This document shows, piece after piece, positions 35,972 through 47,329 of a stretch of 64,000 nt of DNA. A model generated the notes under the pieces. The model did not search any database. It had not been told where the DNA came from and worked only from the letters and a program-made list of their open reading frames with translations. Each line of letters starts with the position of its first letter. Position 1 is the first letter of the stretch. The stretch is from positions 28,954,001 to 29,018,000 of the forward strand of contig NC_134476.1 of NCBI RefSeq assembly GCF_964194025.1. Direction: 5' to 3'. Source of the stretch: Convolutriloba macropyga (lineage: Eukaryota). The translations under genes were made by a program, and so were the position numbers.

Positions 35972-38900
35972 TTATATGTTGAGTGGTGCTGTGTGAATAC
36001 CGTCAGACTGAACAATGCTCTTAAGGTAGAAACAAGACAGTCCCTTCTTTGTCTGCTCATACGTAGCAACACAATGGTTTATTGTTCTGAACCCTCTATA
36101 TGTTGAAGTAAGATTGATATTTTCATCCATCAAACGTCGATATTTCTCCATTGTTCCATCTCCGTTTTCTTCTAGTGTTCTTTTGTTGAGACCTTTACTA
36201 CTGAACTTGTATTTGTCAGACTGTGAATCGTAGCAACAATAAGATTTGCTACAAAGTCAAATCTTTTCCGTTAATCTGAATTCTTCCTTGAAGAGCCCTG
36301 GTTCCCGTTTACCATGCTTCTTATACTTAGAGCAACACGTTCTAGGGAAGAAACCTTGAATAGCAACTGCTTGAAAAGAGTCATTACAGTCCTGCTGTCT
36401 GAATGCTTCCCATTCTTGTTTTTTAGCAAGTCGAATACAATCATACAAATTCTCATGAGCTAGGGCTAAGTAGAGAGAACCTGTATCCATCTCTAACTCC
36501 TCGAATTTATTGACATCGCAAAATCTGTCAAAGAAGCTATAGTAGAGCTCCAATATTCGTAGTTTAGCGTACTGAAGTATGAAGAATCCAACTATTATAG
36601 GTTCGCGGTGTTCAATTTTTGATTTTGCTAGTTTAACTTCGTCAAGCTCATTTGAGACATTGTTCAAACGCTTAAACATTTTTCCATTGATTGCTTTGTG
36701 CGTCTTCTCATCGTTCAAATATTTGATCTCTGTATGTTTGCTTCTGTCCATAATCTGATAACCGTAAGAGCTATTACCCAATAATTTCATGGTCTCAGCA
36801 ACAACGCTGGAATCAGTATTTTCATCTTCACCCCTTCTAGCGTCTACCACTGACTGTACAAAGGTGTTGAAACATTTTCTTGGCGTGTACTGTACAAATC
36901 TATAAATTCGTGTACATTTCAGACCGAGAATGATGTAGAAATTTAGTAGGGGAGTACTAATTGTTCCATTTTCCAGATTGAAATTTGAAATTAGCATTCG
37001 CTGAGGTTGCTTCAGTAAGTTGTTTTCAACAGCGTAATCTCTCATATAATCCCCAATATCAGCTCGACTAACGTTGAAATTTTTGAAAATAGGCGGGAAA
37101 TTCGAAAACTTGTACTTCAAGCCTGCGGGAACTTCCAAATCACATTGTACGTATCCAAATATCTCTCCATCTCTTATTTAGCTAGTCAAGACTCTTGCTT
37201 CAAAGGAAGTTTGAAAGGAAAGTTCTTTCTCACGTGATTTCTAACATTTTTTTCTTTAAAACTTTCCCACCATTTACATTCCCTGAATTCAACAATCTTA
37301 TATCCTTTACTTTTTAGGTAATCTCTTCTCAATTCATCATGTTCTCTTTTCCTAATCCCTCTCTGTGTTTCCTCTTCCGAGAGACTTGCTTTAGCTTCCT
37401 GACAAGGACAGAAATGAAAGTACCAACCCATGGCTTCAAACACCGTATTAAAATGTGCGCAAAATCCGTCTACGCTAAAACAATCAATCTCCTTCTGTTT
37501 TCCGGTTGTGTAGTAGCTCTCAATTTTACATTCCGGACGTTGTGATTGAAGTTATGACATAACCATGTTCTCAATTGTTCGAGATCTGTTTGTTCGAGCC
37601 CTGAATTTTTGAGAATCTGTATCAAGTTCCCATAGAGTGTAAAGTCCAGTGGGAATTTCTTGACACATTGAAAAGGGATAGAGTTGGCTAGCGTCAATAT
37701 GTCCGCTAGACTTGCAAAGGTTTTCAGTGTTTTGTATGAAGGCCTGATCAACTACTGCCTTTCTGGTGAAAACAATAGATGGACCAACAGTCATATCTTC
37801 ACGTATTTTGTCAAGTAAATCCTTGTCAGCTTCAACAAATGGTAAAAATTTGTGGTTTGTTGACATGTGAAGACAGATATTAGCCAAGTTCGGAAGTGTG
37901 CATCCGAGTTGTAACATATCGATACCCTTGTTGTAATAAAACTCCATCATTTTTTGCATTGCCTCCAATGTTGGAACAACATCTTTGTTGTTGTACCTCT
38001 TGACAAAATCTCTGAATGTAGCCATTTGTTCTTGATACCAGACCACTTTCAGGTAATTGTAATTGTCAATTCCAGATGGAGGAACAGTTTTCAACCTCAA
38101 CTTTTTTTTTAACTCTTGTTGAGAAAATCCACTGTTAAGCAATTTAGTGAAATCAGTAAATTCCTTCTCCAGTGGATTATAATTTCTCAGTTTGCTAAAG
38201 AAACTGTCGTAAGGAGGGAGAAAAGTTGCTTCGAGCTTTTCAGGAGAGTCAAACCACTCATAGGGGAAGAATTCTTTAGTCTCACTTGTCTTGTATGCTT
38301 TAGGGAAAAAATCAAGTGAGGTAACTCCACCGAGAAAATTGAGGATATCGAGAGATTGTACATCACCAAATTAAAGAGAAACAAAGTAATTTGCCTCCTT
38401 TTTAATAACAGTAGGTTGAAAGTCGCGCTCAGGAATAAGATAGGGCAGGAGATAGGACTTAATGAGATTTAAATCATATTTACCACTATTGAATCGGAAC
38501 ACAGTTAAAGTATTCACATAACGCTCAAAGTGTTGCTGTAAGTCCAAAAGCTGGTTTTTCTGCATTTGGAGAAATTGCGTAGACATATCAACTTCATCAT
38601 CTTCTTCGACACGTTCATCTTCACACTCAAATGCTGAAGCGTTTTGATCTTTTCTTTTACTTAATTTTTCCCAAATTGCGTTAACTCGTGCTCTGATTAT
38701 TGCTTCAATAGAGGAAAACTTTGTCCGCGTTTCAGTTTTACTTTTGTTTGCTAATTCTTCAATGGCTTCAACAAAAGATGTAATGAGAGCTTTCGGATCT
38801 TTATCGCATAGGAAGACAGGTTCATCAATTAAATTGGAGAAAATAGAAACAGAGAATGGTTCATGCTTTCCAATCCAAATGGTTGTGTTTGTATCTTTTA

Positions 38901-40326
38901 ATTGCTCGGAGGGTACACATATCGATTCAAAGTCAAAAGTAGCCAAGTTTTTGAACAATTTTTGATCATCGTTGTAAGAAATTCCAAATCCGTCAAGTTT
39001 ATCAAAAAAGGTCTCGCGCAATGTATACACACTCTTTGGGTAAACATGCTGTACTCTATCTTTACACGTTTTAACATGGCGGTTGAAATTTCCCGCTTTC
39101 TGAATGAACGTATCGCAACTTAGGCAACGGAATCGTTTAAAGAATGTGTTAATATCATCCACATAGCATATGTGGTTGTTGTAACGTAATAAATTAATAT
39201 TTTGCTCATACATTTCAACATTTCTCCTCGCAAATTCACCAACAAAACCTCCATCTACAATGTCATTATTGTAAATAAGTAAGTTGTGCTTTATCGCAAT
39301 TTCAACAAACACAAGATGATCGATCGATACCCCTCTGAAATTGATTGCGTCATGTCCAGATTCATGGAGGAATGCACTAAACAAATATTTTGCATTGGTC
39401 TCAAGCTCCTATGATCCATATAAGTGAACAGCTATAGCTCGGAATAAGCAAAGATAGTCTTTATAAGTCTCGCCTTAGCCATTCGATACAAGACAATTCA
39501 CATCTGATCGTCGAAGTAACTGTTCAGGAAGAACAGCGTCGATACATCCCATTGGAATGCTTTTTAGGAGAGCGCAGAATATTGTAGATTTGTAGTCAGA
39601 GCAAATCGCCATTTTGTATTCTCCCGCTCCTGAGCACAAGTCTCCACTAAATCCATCTTTTCAATCCTGTCCTGAAGAGAGACTAAGTCTCCTTTGGAAC
39701 AGAGTAAATGAGATTTCTCGAAGAAGGTGTTGTTCTCGTGAGCGTAGAAGTATCGATACTCGTCCGTATCCACATTTCTTAATTAAATCCTAGAGCCAAG
39801 TTGACTTTGGCAGCACAGTTGTATTTTGCGAATACTTCTTTCAACTTTTTATTAATTTCATGAGGATCGAGCTTGGACAGCTTGAAGTTGAACAGTTGAT
39901 GTCTCCCATTTTCCATCTCAGTATCGTCAAAAAAGTGCTGACAAGCACTAAGTTCTTGTTGCAGCTGCTCGTTGTCTTTTTCCATTTCCTCTGATTCTAG
40001 AACTTCGTTAAGTTTTCACTCGATTATGTCCCAACTTTTGTTGAAGTTCAATGCTTTCTCCTCCTGTGTTGTTGAAGAGAATAGAAACTCGGAAACTCCT
40101 CCAAGCATACAGTACACACAGTACTTATCTTTGTATCCTTAGGAGCGTGATGCTTAGCAATATGGTAATTCATGTCTTCTTTCTTCTTTGTACTTAAATG
40201 TGGACATTTGGGACAAAATAAAGTCGCATTATCACAAGACTGCTTGTGTCTTGCCATATTCTTCTTCACCACCATTTTGTTGCACTTAATGCATTTCACT
40301 GGGAGATTTCTATCGAAAGAAGGCAT
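35972..40326 (-). pseudogene. Protein-primed family B DNA polymerase with N-terminal C2H2/C2HC zinc fingers and a Vsr-like insertion; many frameshifts and stops
   Basis: ExoI FDFES, ExoII FNSGKYDL, ExoIII YNNKDV, motif A IDASQLYP, motif B KLLGNSSYGY, motif C MDT(G)S, KSY, SKG. Start MPSFDRN at 40326; C-terminus ...APLNI* at 35972. Confidence 0.93.
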
Positions 40327-41068
40327 TGTTTTGGTACAAGATGAAACAAATTCGGGTATTGTGACGAGCAACTATTTGTGAAAATAACAAAGTGAGAATG
40401 AAAGAAATTATTTTTGTACAATTAGGGAACGCAGCTATGACACATCACTCCATATATGGAAATTTATCATTTCCACTTTACGAAGCTTTTTGTCATAACC
40501 GAACATTCGAGAACATAATGAATAAAGCAATCAGATTCTTCCATTTTGAAATACCTTAAATTTTTATGAACATTCTTTTTAAATGAGTGAATTTATTCCT
40601 TGGCGTAAACTCAAAAATATCAAATCATTCTTATATCTTCTTCTTAATCATATCTGTTACATTTTAAATAAGTTTTCATATTTCATCCAGCCATAATCCA
40701 AAAACAGACTCACAACAAATTCAAACAAATTGTTCCAATCTTTACAAAATCTGAGATTCATATTTGTGTCTATCCACAATTGACAGAATTCGGTGCTTGC
40801 AAACAAATCTAGTCGTATTGAAAATTGAAATTAGCACATGAATATGCTTTTACGACAATATTAATTATGACGAAAACAAATATTCATCCATACTTCAGGA
40901 ACAAATTTTTACTGTACAACTTAACGGTATTGTCGTGGAACCCCTCAACCAATAAAAATCCCGTGTTAAAGAAACTATTCTGAAGATGAACGATTTTGTT
41001 TTGTGTAATTGTTTCTTGATTTTATTTTTCTTTTACATAAACAGAGTATTGCGTGAAATTTTGCTCAT

Positions 41069-41380
41069 TTGCGAAAAATGTTAATTAAAAATCATTTACA
41101 GTTGTTGGAAAAAATATATAAGAGGAAAGTAGGAATTGCCGATGCTTACAAAGTTGACGAGATTGATGTTGATTCCTACTTTTTCTACAATTTCTTGGAC
41201 ATTTCCGTTCAGAATAACAGAATATTCCGATTTAGTAAAGGATTTGAATCTGCAACATTTTCCATTAAAAAATTCAAATATGATGATTATATAACGAAAC
41301 AATCGTTTGATTTATCGTCAGAGCTACACATTAACAAGTACAAAATTTTATTTATTTTGAATTCTGTTACCGAAATTTAA
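41069..41380 (+). pseudogene. Polinton accessory ORF fragment, function unknown
   Basis: 103-aa ORF inside the element; no recognisable motif. Confidence 0.35.
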
Positions 41381-41555
41381 GAACAGTACAGACATCTAGC
41401 ACAAGCGAACTGTATTCCAATTCCTGACTCCATAGCAATCACTTCATCTGTACAAAGCGCGTTGTTTTTTCATTACTATACAGATTACAATTCTGAAGGG
41501 GTAAAAATTTGATTTGGAATTCGGCTCCCAAATATAAATATACAAAAGTTCTGTT

Positions 41556-41940
41556 CCAAATATGGAACACTTTCCGAGATTCATTTAAAATTTAACGAAT
41601 TTGAACAATTTTATCATAGCTTGACCTTTTTGGTAAATTATGTCAGTTCGTTCCCACTCAGCTATCCTTATTTAGTAAAAAAGTAGTCATATCATGTGTT
41701 ATATGTATTATTCGAAAACCATATTTGGCTTCTATTCACGCATTGATGTTCCTGTTTCGTATACGAGCGTCATTCTATAACAAATTCTTCCATATTTGGT
41801 TACGTTAAAAATTTACATTTGATGTTTTGGTTACTAACGTCACTTTTTCTACAAAATATTTCCTTCTTTGGTTACTTTGTTCTTATTGGAAGGAATTCAC
41901 TATAAATAGGAGCGATATAGTTAGACATTATCATTCTCTT
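41556..41940 (+). promoter_or_regulatory. Putative Pol II promoter: three CArG boxes, TATA/MEF2-like CTATAAATAG and Inr-like TCATTC
   Basis: CCAAATATGG at 41556, CCATATTTGG at 41719 and 41790, CTATAAATAG at 41900-41909, TCATTC at 41931 (30 bp after TATA), upstream of ORF 42095. Confidence 0.55.
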
Positions 41941-42094
41941 TCATTTCCTCAAAAATAATTTCACCTCTGTTCCTCATCGTCCTGCTAACTATTCATCAAA
42001 ACTTTATCCTACATTCACATTCTTCTTATCTACAGAGCTTACTTCAGTTTTAACGATTATCTGTTTCTAACTTCTATCAAATAATCTGAACAAA

Positions 42095-42817
42095 ATGGAG
42101 TTTAATGTGCAAAACAATAGTCTTCTGTACTCATTTTCCTTCACTGAGGAGACTGCTCGGATAAGTGTTAAAGACTTATCAAACGGATTATATGACTCTG
42201 TAATCAATTTACCCATCACTGTGTGGCATATTATTGAGCACCAGCGACAACAGTTCGACACCTATCATCAGGGTCAGGTTCCAATTACGGAGAATTAGCT
42301 CGGAACTCAAGCGATGGGACACGAAGTTGCTGTTATTAGTGGACACCACTATCCTCACGTTGCTGGGACAGAATTTTCGCTGAACTACGTCGCTGGCAAC
42401 ATTCAATACACTTTCGCTTGGGAAGAAGGGCAAATTCACAACTCTTGGTTCTCTAGCCCGGATGTAAATCAAGTTTTGAGTTCAGTGGAAGAGTCAGGGA
42501 ATTTGCTTCAAACTGTGTTTGGCTTTGATGGGAGTGAGCTAAGTGTTGATACTAGCACCTGTTCAGCGAATGATCAGCAGAAATTTGATCCGGCGCAGTA
42601 CTATGGTTCTACTGATATGTCGGCTACTCGTTCAATGACAACACCTTCCATAGAGGATGGAACAGCCCTCAATCCAATTTTGCTTACTGATGAAAATTCA
42701 ACAACTTCAATCAGCGTTCAACCAACTGATCCTCCAGTATTATTTGAACGTTCCAGACCTTTTGGGAATGAGTTTCAAAACTTGCCAGAGTATGTTGTGA
42801 GAACTCTATTTGAGTAG
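42095..42817 (+). pseudogene. Polinton accessory protein (acidic, Ser/Thr-rich C-half); two in-frame ORFs separated by one stop
   Basis: ORFs 42095-42298 and 42314-42817 share a frame. Confidence 0.5.
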
Positions 42818-42984
42818 ATTTGAGTTGGTAAAATTTTTCAGCTTCATTTGTAATCAATTTTAACGGAATAGTTGTATGTTGATTTATACATTTTCCTGGT
42901 GATGAATTTAAACAATCTTTATAATATAATCTTTCTTATGTGAGCTTTCTTTTCTAAACCAGTTCAAAAGGATATCATCAAATA

Positions 42985-43450
42985 AAAATTTGATATTTAA
43001 ACCTTTGTTACCAAACTTGATATTTAACGGTAAGAGCGTTATAAAAACTCGACATTTAACAAAAATACTTGATCAAAAATTTGATATTTAAGAAAAAAAC
43101 TGAACAGAAATTTGATTTCTATGAAAAAAACCTGTATGAAAACTTGATTTTTAAGTTGTTATAGTAAATGAAAACTTGTCATTTTAAAAATTAAAAAATC
43201 TCTTCATTTTCTGCGTTAAATTATACTGTAAACTGGTAAAATTTGCGCTTTATTGTATCCAATTGGAAACGGTTTGTTGATATTTAAACAAAAAAATTGA
43301 ATGAAAACTCGACATTTAACGAAAATTTTGTCGAAAAAACTCGACTTTTATTGAAAATAATTGTTCCAAAACCCAAAATTTAACAAAAATTTTTGTGAGA
43401 AAACTCGACTTTTAAAAGAATAATTTGTTGCAAAACAGGACATTTAACAG
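42985..43450 (+). repeat. Degenerate array of AAAACTYGAYATTTAAC, ~12-13 copies
   Basis: Exact AAAACTCGACATTTAAC at ~43044 and ~43305, with variants at ~30-35 bp spacing. Confidence 0.75.
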
Positions 43451-43830
43451 ATTAGAGGTATCAATTTAAACATTCAAGAAAAAGATTGTAAAAATTGAGA
43501 AATTGAATTTTTTTGATTTTTAACTCAAAATATAAAACTGATACTATGTGAATCATTGTCATGCAATTACAAATCTTTTACTTTCTAGTTTCAAGATATA
43601 ACAGAGAGTTATCAATTAAGCCATGACCATCTAACAAACGGTCAACAATTTTTATCAGTTCACTCTCATATTTTGAGTTTTTAATAGATTGAATTCTGTC
43701 CAGAAAGGAAGATCCTATGGTTTGTGTGCTTACATTTCTTTGTTCGGCTCGCAGTAGATGTCTCTTGAACTTCTTTCTACTCAATCCCTTTTTTGGACAC
43801 ACTAGGTAACTTCTCAACAAAATTGTTTTA

Positions 43831-44175
43831 CTAATTGTGTTGTTCTGCTCTGTTTAACTGAGTAAAGACAAGTCCCGATTCTTCCAAAATATTGCCAAAA
43901 AATTGATGTTTATATAATGTATATAAACAATCGACCGCCTTGTAAAAATAAGAAAGATCTTGCAGTCTTTGAAGCAAGTCATCGGTGGAGGAAGAAATGA
44001 GAACTGTGTGATATCGACAGGTTGTCAGGGGACAGAAACTGTTGTGTGAATCAACAACATTTTCATTTGTACGAATATATGATCTATAATCTTTGCCAGA
44101 TACAGATATACACAACGCCTTTTCACAAAAACTTTTGTAAAAGTGTGGTAAAATCTGACACATAACTGCTGCCAT
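43831..44175 (-). CDS. Polinton accessory protein, unknown function (Cys/His-containing)
   Basis: 114-aa ATG-initiated ORF diverging from the CArG cluster. Confidence 0.45.
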   Translation of the reverse strand: MAAVMCQILPHFYKSFCEKALCISVSGKDYRSYIRTNENVVDSHNSFCPLTTCRYHTVLISSSTDDLLQRLQDLSYFYKAVDCLYTLYKHQFFGNILEESGLVFTQLNRAEQHN

Positions 44176-44197
44176 TCTGTAAAATTATTTAGTACGT

Positions 44198-44330
44198 TCA
44201 AATAAGGAAATCAATTTCTTTAGAACTTATATTTCAAATAAGGAAACTAACTTTTTATTATAACTAAAGCCAAATTCCAAATAAGGAAATCAACTTATTT
44301 ATTATAAACGAATTCAAATTCCAAATAAGG
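44198..44330. promoter_or_regulatory. Four tandem CArG-type motifs YCAAATAAGGAAA between divergent genes
   Basis: TCAAATAAGG at 44198 and 44234; CCAAATAAGG at 44277 and 44321. Confidence 0.65.
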
Positions 44331-44375
44331 AAACAAATGAAATTGTCTTGTGCAATTTAAAATCTCATTTGAACT

Positions 44376-44498
44376 ATGAATCAATTCAAGAAACAGCGGA
44401 TTAAGAAATTTCGATGTTTTACTTGTTCAAACTATTTCCGTCACTACTTCTCTCTAATGCAACACAGACGTGCTAAACACAAAGACGCTTTTCTATAA
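44376..44498 (+). CDS. 40-aa single C2H2 zinc-finger microprotein (absent from the ORF track)
   Basis: MNQFKKQRIKKFRCFTCSNYFRHYFSLMQHRRAKHKDAFL*: F-x-C-x2-C-x3-F-x5-L-x2-H-x4-H. Confidence 0.65.
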   Translation: MNQFKKQRIKKFRCFTCSNYFRHYFSLMQHRRAKHKDAFL

Positions 44499-44707
44499 TG
44501 ATTCAAAAGTTTTCTTTATTGAAAATTTCTGATTAGAAATCCTTTTTTAGGGAAGAAGTATAAACAGACACATTTTTCTCTTTCTTTTTAGGAAATTGTG
44601 TGAAAACACTGATGTCATTAGCATAAAAAGAAATTGTGTGTTGTAGAGGGCTTTAATTTTAAGCAAATCATTTAATCAACTTCTCGCAGCTTACTCAAGT
44701 TACGTAA

Positions 44708-45290
44708 ATGTCTCTCTCCAAAGTTTCTCTTTTTTACTCGAGCGCTCCATCAATGTTTACAAATTCACAACCTAAATTGGGTACTGATTCGGTCCCATTT
44801 CATATTGATTTTGGCTCTAATACAAACAGATTTGGGAGATTTACTGTGTCCCAAATATTTAGAAATGTACAAAATTACTCTGAACCAGCTTTTCAAGTCT
44901 TCAAAAAAGATAAATGTGCAACATTTGAAAAGTGCCATTAGTTGAAAATTGGAGATTACGAATTCAAGAAATTTTGTCTCCTGAAGAACGATCTGCTGAA
45001 TGGAGACTGGGAAATTCGAGAAAATCCAGCTCAATTTGAAAAGAACCCAAAAATGGAAGACGCGCTGCAACAATGTCACAAAGCAAGAGAGATCAGCATT
45101 GGAAAAAATCGAAGGCTCTACGTTACCTTTATACAGTACGTTCCGAACAATCCAGCTTCAATTTATGTCCAGATCCGACTATTTTGTCGCAAAGAGAGCA
45201 ATGAGTTCAAGCAAGTGATTTACGTCAGCTATTAAATGGAAGAAATCAAAGAACTGATTGAAAATCTTAAAGATTTCTCTCATATTGAAC
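44708..45290 (+). pseudogene. Putative PC4-like ssDNA-binding protein (possibly two tandem domains), with in-frame stops
   Basis: ISIGKNRRLYVTF...IYVQIRLF...VSY*MEEIKEL resembles the PC4/p15 pattern; ORFs 44708-44941 and 44942-45235 are in frame. Confidence 0.45.
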
Positions 45291-45421
45291 AACGTACATT
45301 TCAATAACTACTGCTGCGCATTATTATAATGATTTTCTATATTGAATGATGAATATTTGGTGATTATATGTATTTGTCTTTCAGCAAACAATTTTTCATA
45401 TGAAACTTTCTTCTTCTTAGA

Positions 45422-45790
45422 ATGAGTTGGGATATTGGATGCTCTAGAAACATTTTCTTAAGTCTCAGAGACAAATCAAAAGTTTTTCATGTCAGGTTAC
45501 ATCACGAGCTTGAAAGGTATTCATATACAGTTCTTGAAGCGAAAAATTTTCCCAATATGGATATTTTAGACGTAGAGTCCCAAATTTCAGAATTCAAGTG
45601 GGTTATTCATAATGGACTGCGCAGAACAACTCTAACATATCGTTCTGACAAACAAGAAATTTCCATTTCTCAACATCGCATGAACGGATATCAGTGGAGT
45701 TTTCTTACAAAGATTGATTTGAAAAAAAGGAGTATAAAAATCTAGTAGAGCATCTACCCACCCTTCTTTCCTATATAGAAAATTACAAAA
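45422..45790 (+). pseudogene. Accessory protein, possibly also PC4-like
   Basis: WDIGCSRNIFLS...VFHVRL resembles the upstream ORF. Confidence 0.3.
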
Positions 45791-45827
45791 AGACTTGCAT
45801 TATTTTGGACGAAGCAACTCAGAGTTA

Positions 45828-46231
45828 ATGAATATTGTTACTCTGGTAAAAATTTTCAATTGTTACGGAAGCAAATTTAAATGTTTCCAACGAACGAAAA
45901 ACGTTAAAACTGTTTTCTCGCAGCTTGCAAAATTTGGGACCGAAATGTCGATTTGGACGGAATTGATCAAAAGTTTCCTCATGGAGGAAGAATTGGATAT
46001 GGAAATTCTCTTTTGGATTTTTTCTTAGCTAGATCAAAAATTTTTCGTCTACATGCAATTTTACATGATTCTGCTGGAGCTGTAAAAACAACAACAGACG
46101 AAGGACCCGGTTATTGTTACATGCTGCCGCAGTTACCCAGCTCCTGTCTTCTAGGTCATATAACTGGATTATTCTTTTGTCTCTATATCAAAGTTTGTCA
46201 TCCTCATATTTTCAAAATACTAGATTGTTAA
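45828..46231 (+). pseudogene. Putative phospholipase A2-like protein, frameshifted
   Basis: GGRIGYGNS...RLHAILHDSAG resembles the GxG loop + HD dyad of viral PLA2 domains. Confidence 0.4.
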
Positions 46232-46234
46232 TCA

Positions 46235-46711
46235 TTTGTCAATTATCTCAGCTAAAAAAAGGACTACTCTCGTTGTGTTTGATCAGTTGTCAAGGAGCTG
46301 GGAATTTTCAAGGACGGAATTGTGTTGGGATATATAATCCTCCCACCAAATGACTACAAGCCAACATTTCAAGCAAAGTGGAACACAAAGAATTTACATG
46401 GAATCAACTGGAATAATGGAAAAGTGGATTACTCAGATCATCCAATCATAATTGATCAACATTGTTCTCCTACAACCGAATATTTTGCCAAAGGATTGGA
46501 AAAATGTAAAATCCTATCCAATTACTTGTGTAAGGATGTGGAAAATTTGGACTATTTTGGATGTCCAAAAGCCTCTAAGTTGACTTCCAACGAAGATACT
46601 ATCTGGGAATGTAGTAACTACCACTTCCGACACAAAAAAACATTACACTGTGCAGAGAAGAAAGCTTATGCTTATGCAACTTGGGTTCTTAATTTTTTTG
46701 ACAAAAGTTAA
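46235..46711 (+). pseudogene. Putative DnaQ/DEDD-like exonuclease of Polinton type; N-terminus disrupted
   Basis: LHGINWNNG..DY, YFAKGLEKC..L, VENL..FGCP, C...H....HCA.KK pattern. Confidence 0.55.
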
Positions 46712-47102
46712 TATTTGTAAAAATTCTTATGTACTTTGATTGTAATATATCATATTATCTCTTAGTTAATTTTTAAAGTTGTTTTATTCTTTTAAAAAAC
46801 ATAGAAAAGTTGCTTCAAAAATGAGAAAATTGAACAAATTTTGTCCTAGCGTTACACAGTTATTCTTCATTTCAACTCTGTCGTTTTTCTTAAATTTGAA
46901 TTTATTTTCCTTTTTAATGCTTTCTGTTATTAATTCTTGTGAAGAGACAGTGTTTTGGCTCTCGCTGTTGTTTGTTTCTTTTTTATGTTTATAAGCTTAT
47001 CCCATTTTTTTATTTATTTACATCGCTATTCAGCTGGAACATTTTTTCTAATGTCTCAATGATAACGTTTAAAAGACTGAGCATACGGATAAAGGATTAA
47101 TT

Positions 47103-47329
47103 TTGTGTAATTTTGTATTTGATGATAATAATCAAGAACGACAATCATGGAAATGTTTTGGACAGATCTGTAGTAGGTCTCTAGTCATTTTTCTGTCCCA
47201 ATTTTTTGTTATACTGGTAATTCTGGCCTGTTGTATAGTACGAATAACATTGGCTAGAAGAAACAACAGTTTGGATTGCAATCTTTTCTAGTACAGTTGG
47301 TTATATTTTACCTTCACCTAAATTATGAA
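47103..47329 (+). pseudogene. Small two-TM Polinton membrane protein, frameshifted
   Basis: SRSLVIFLSQFFVILVILACCIV and, after the shift, VWIAIFSSTVGYILPSPKL*; its stop overlaps the ATPase ATG (ATGA). Confidence 0.55.

Noticed and set aside
42985-43450. Repeat-spacer array as a CRISPR
   Set aside because: Repeats are degenerate, spacers are short and A-rich, there are no cas genes, and the context is eukaryotic.
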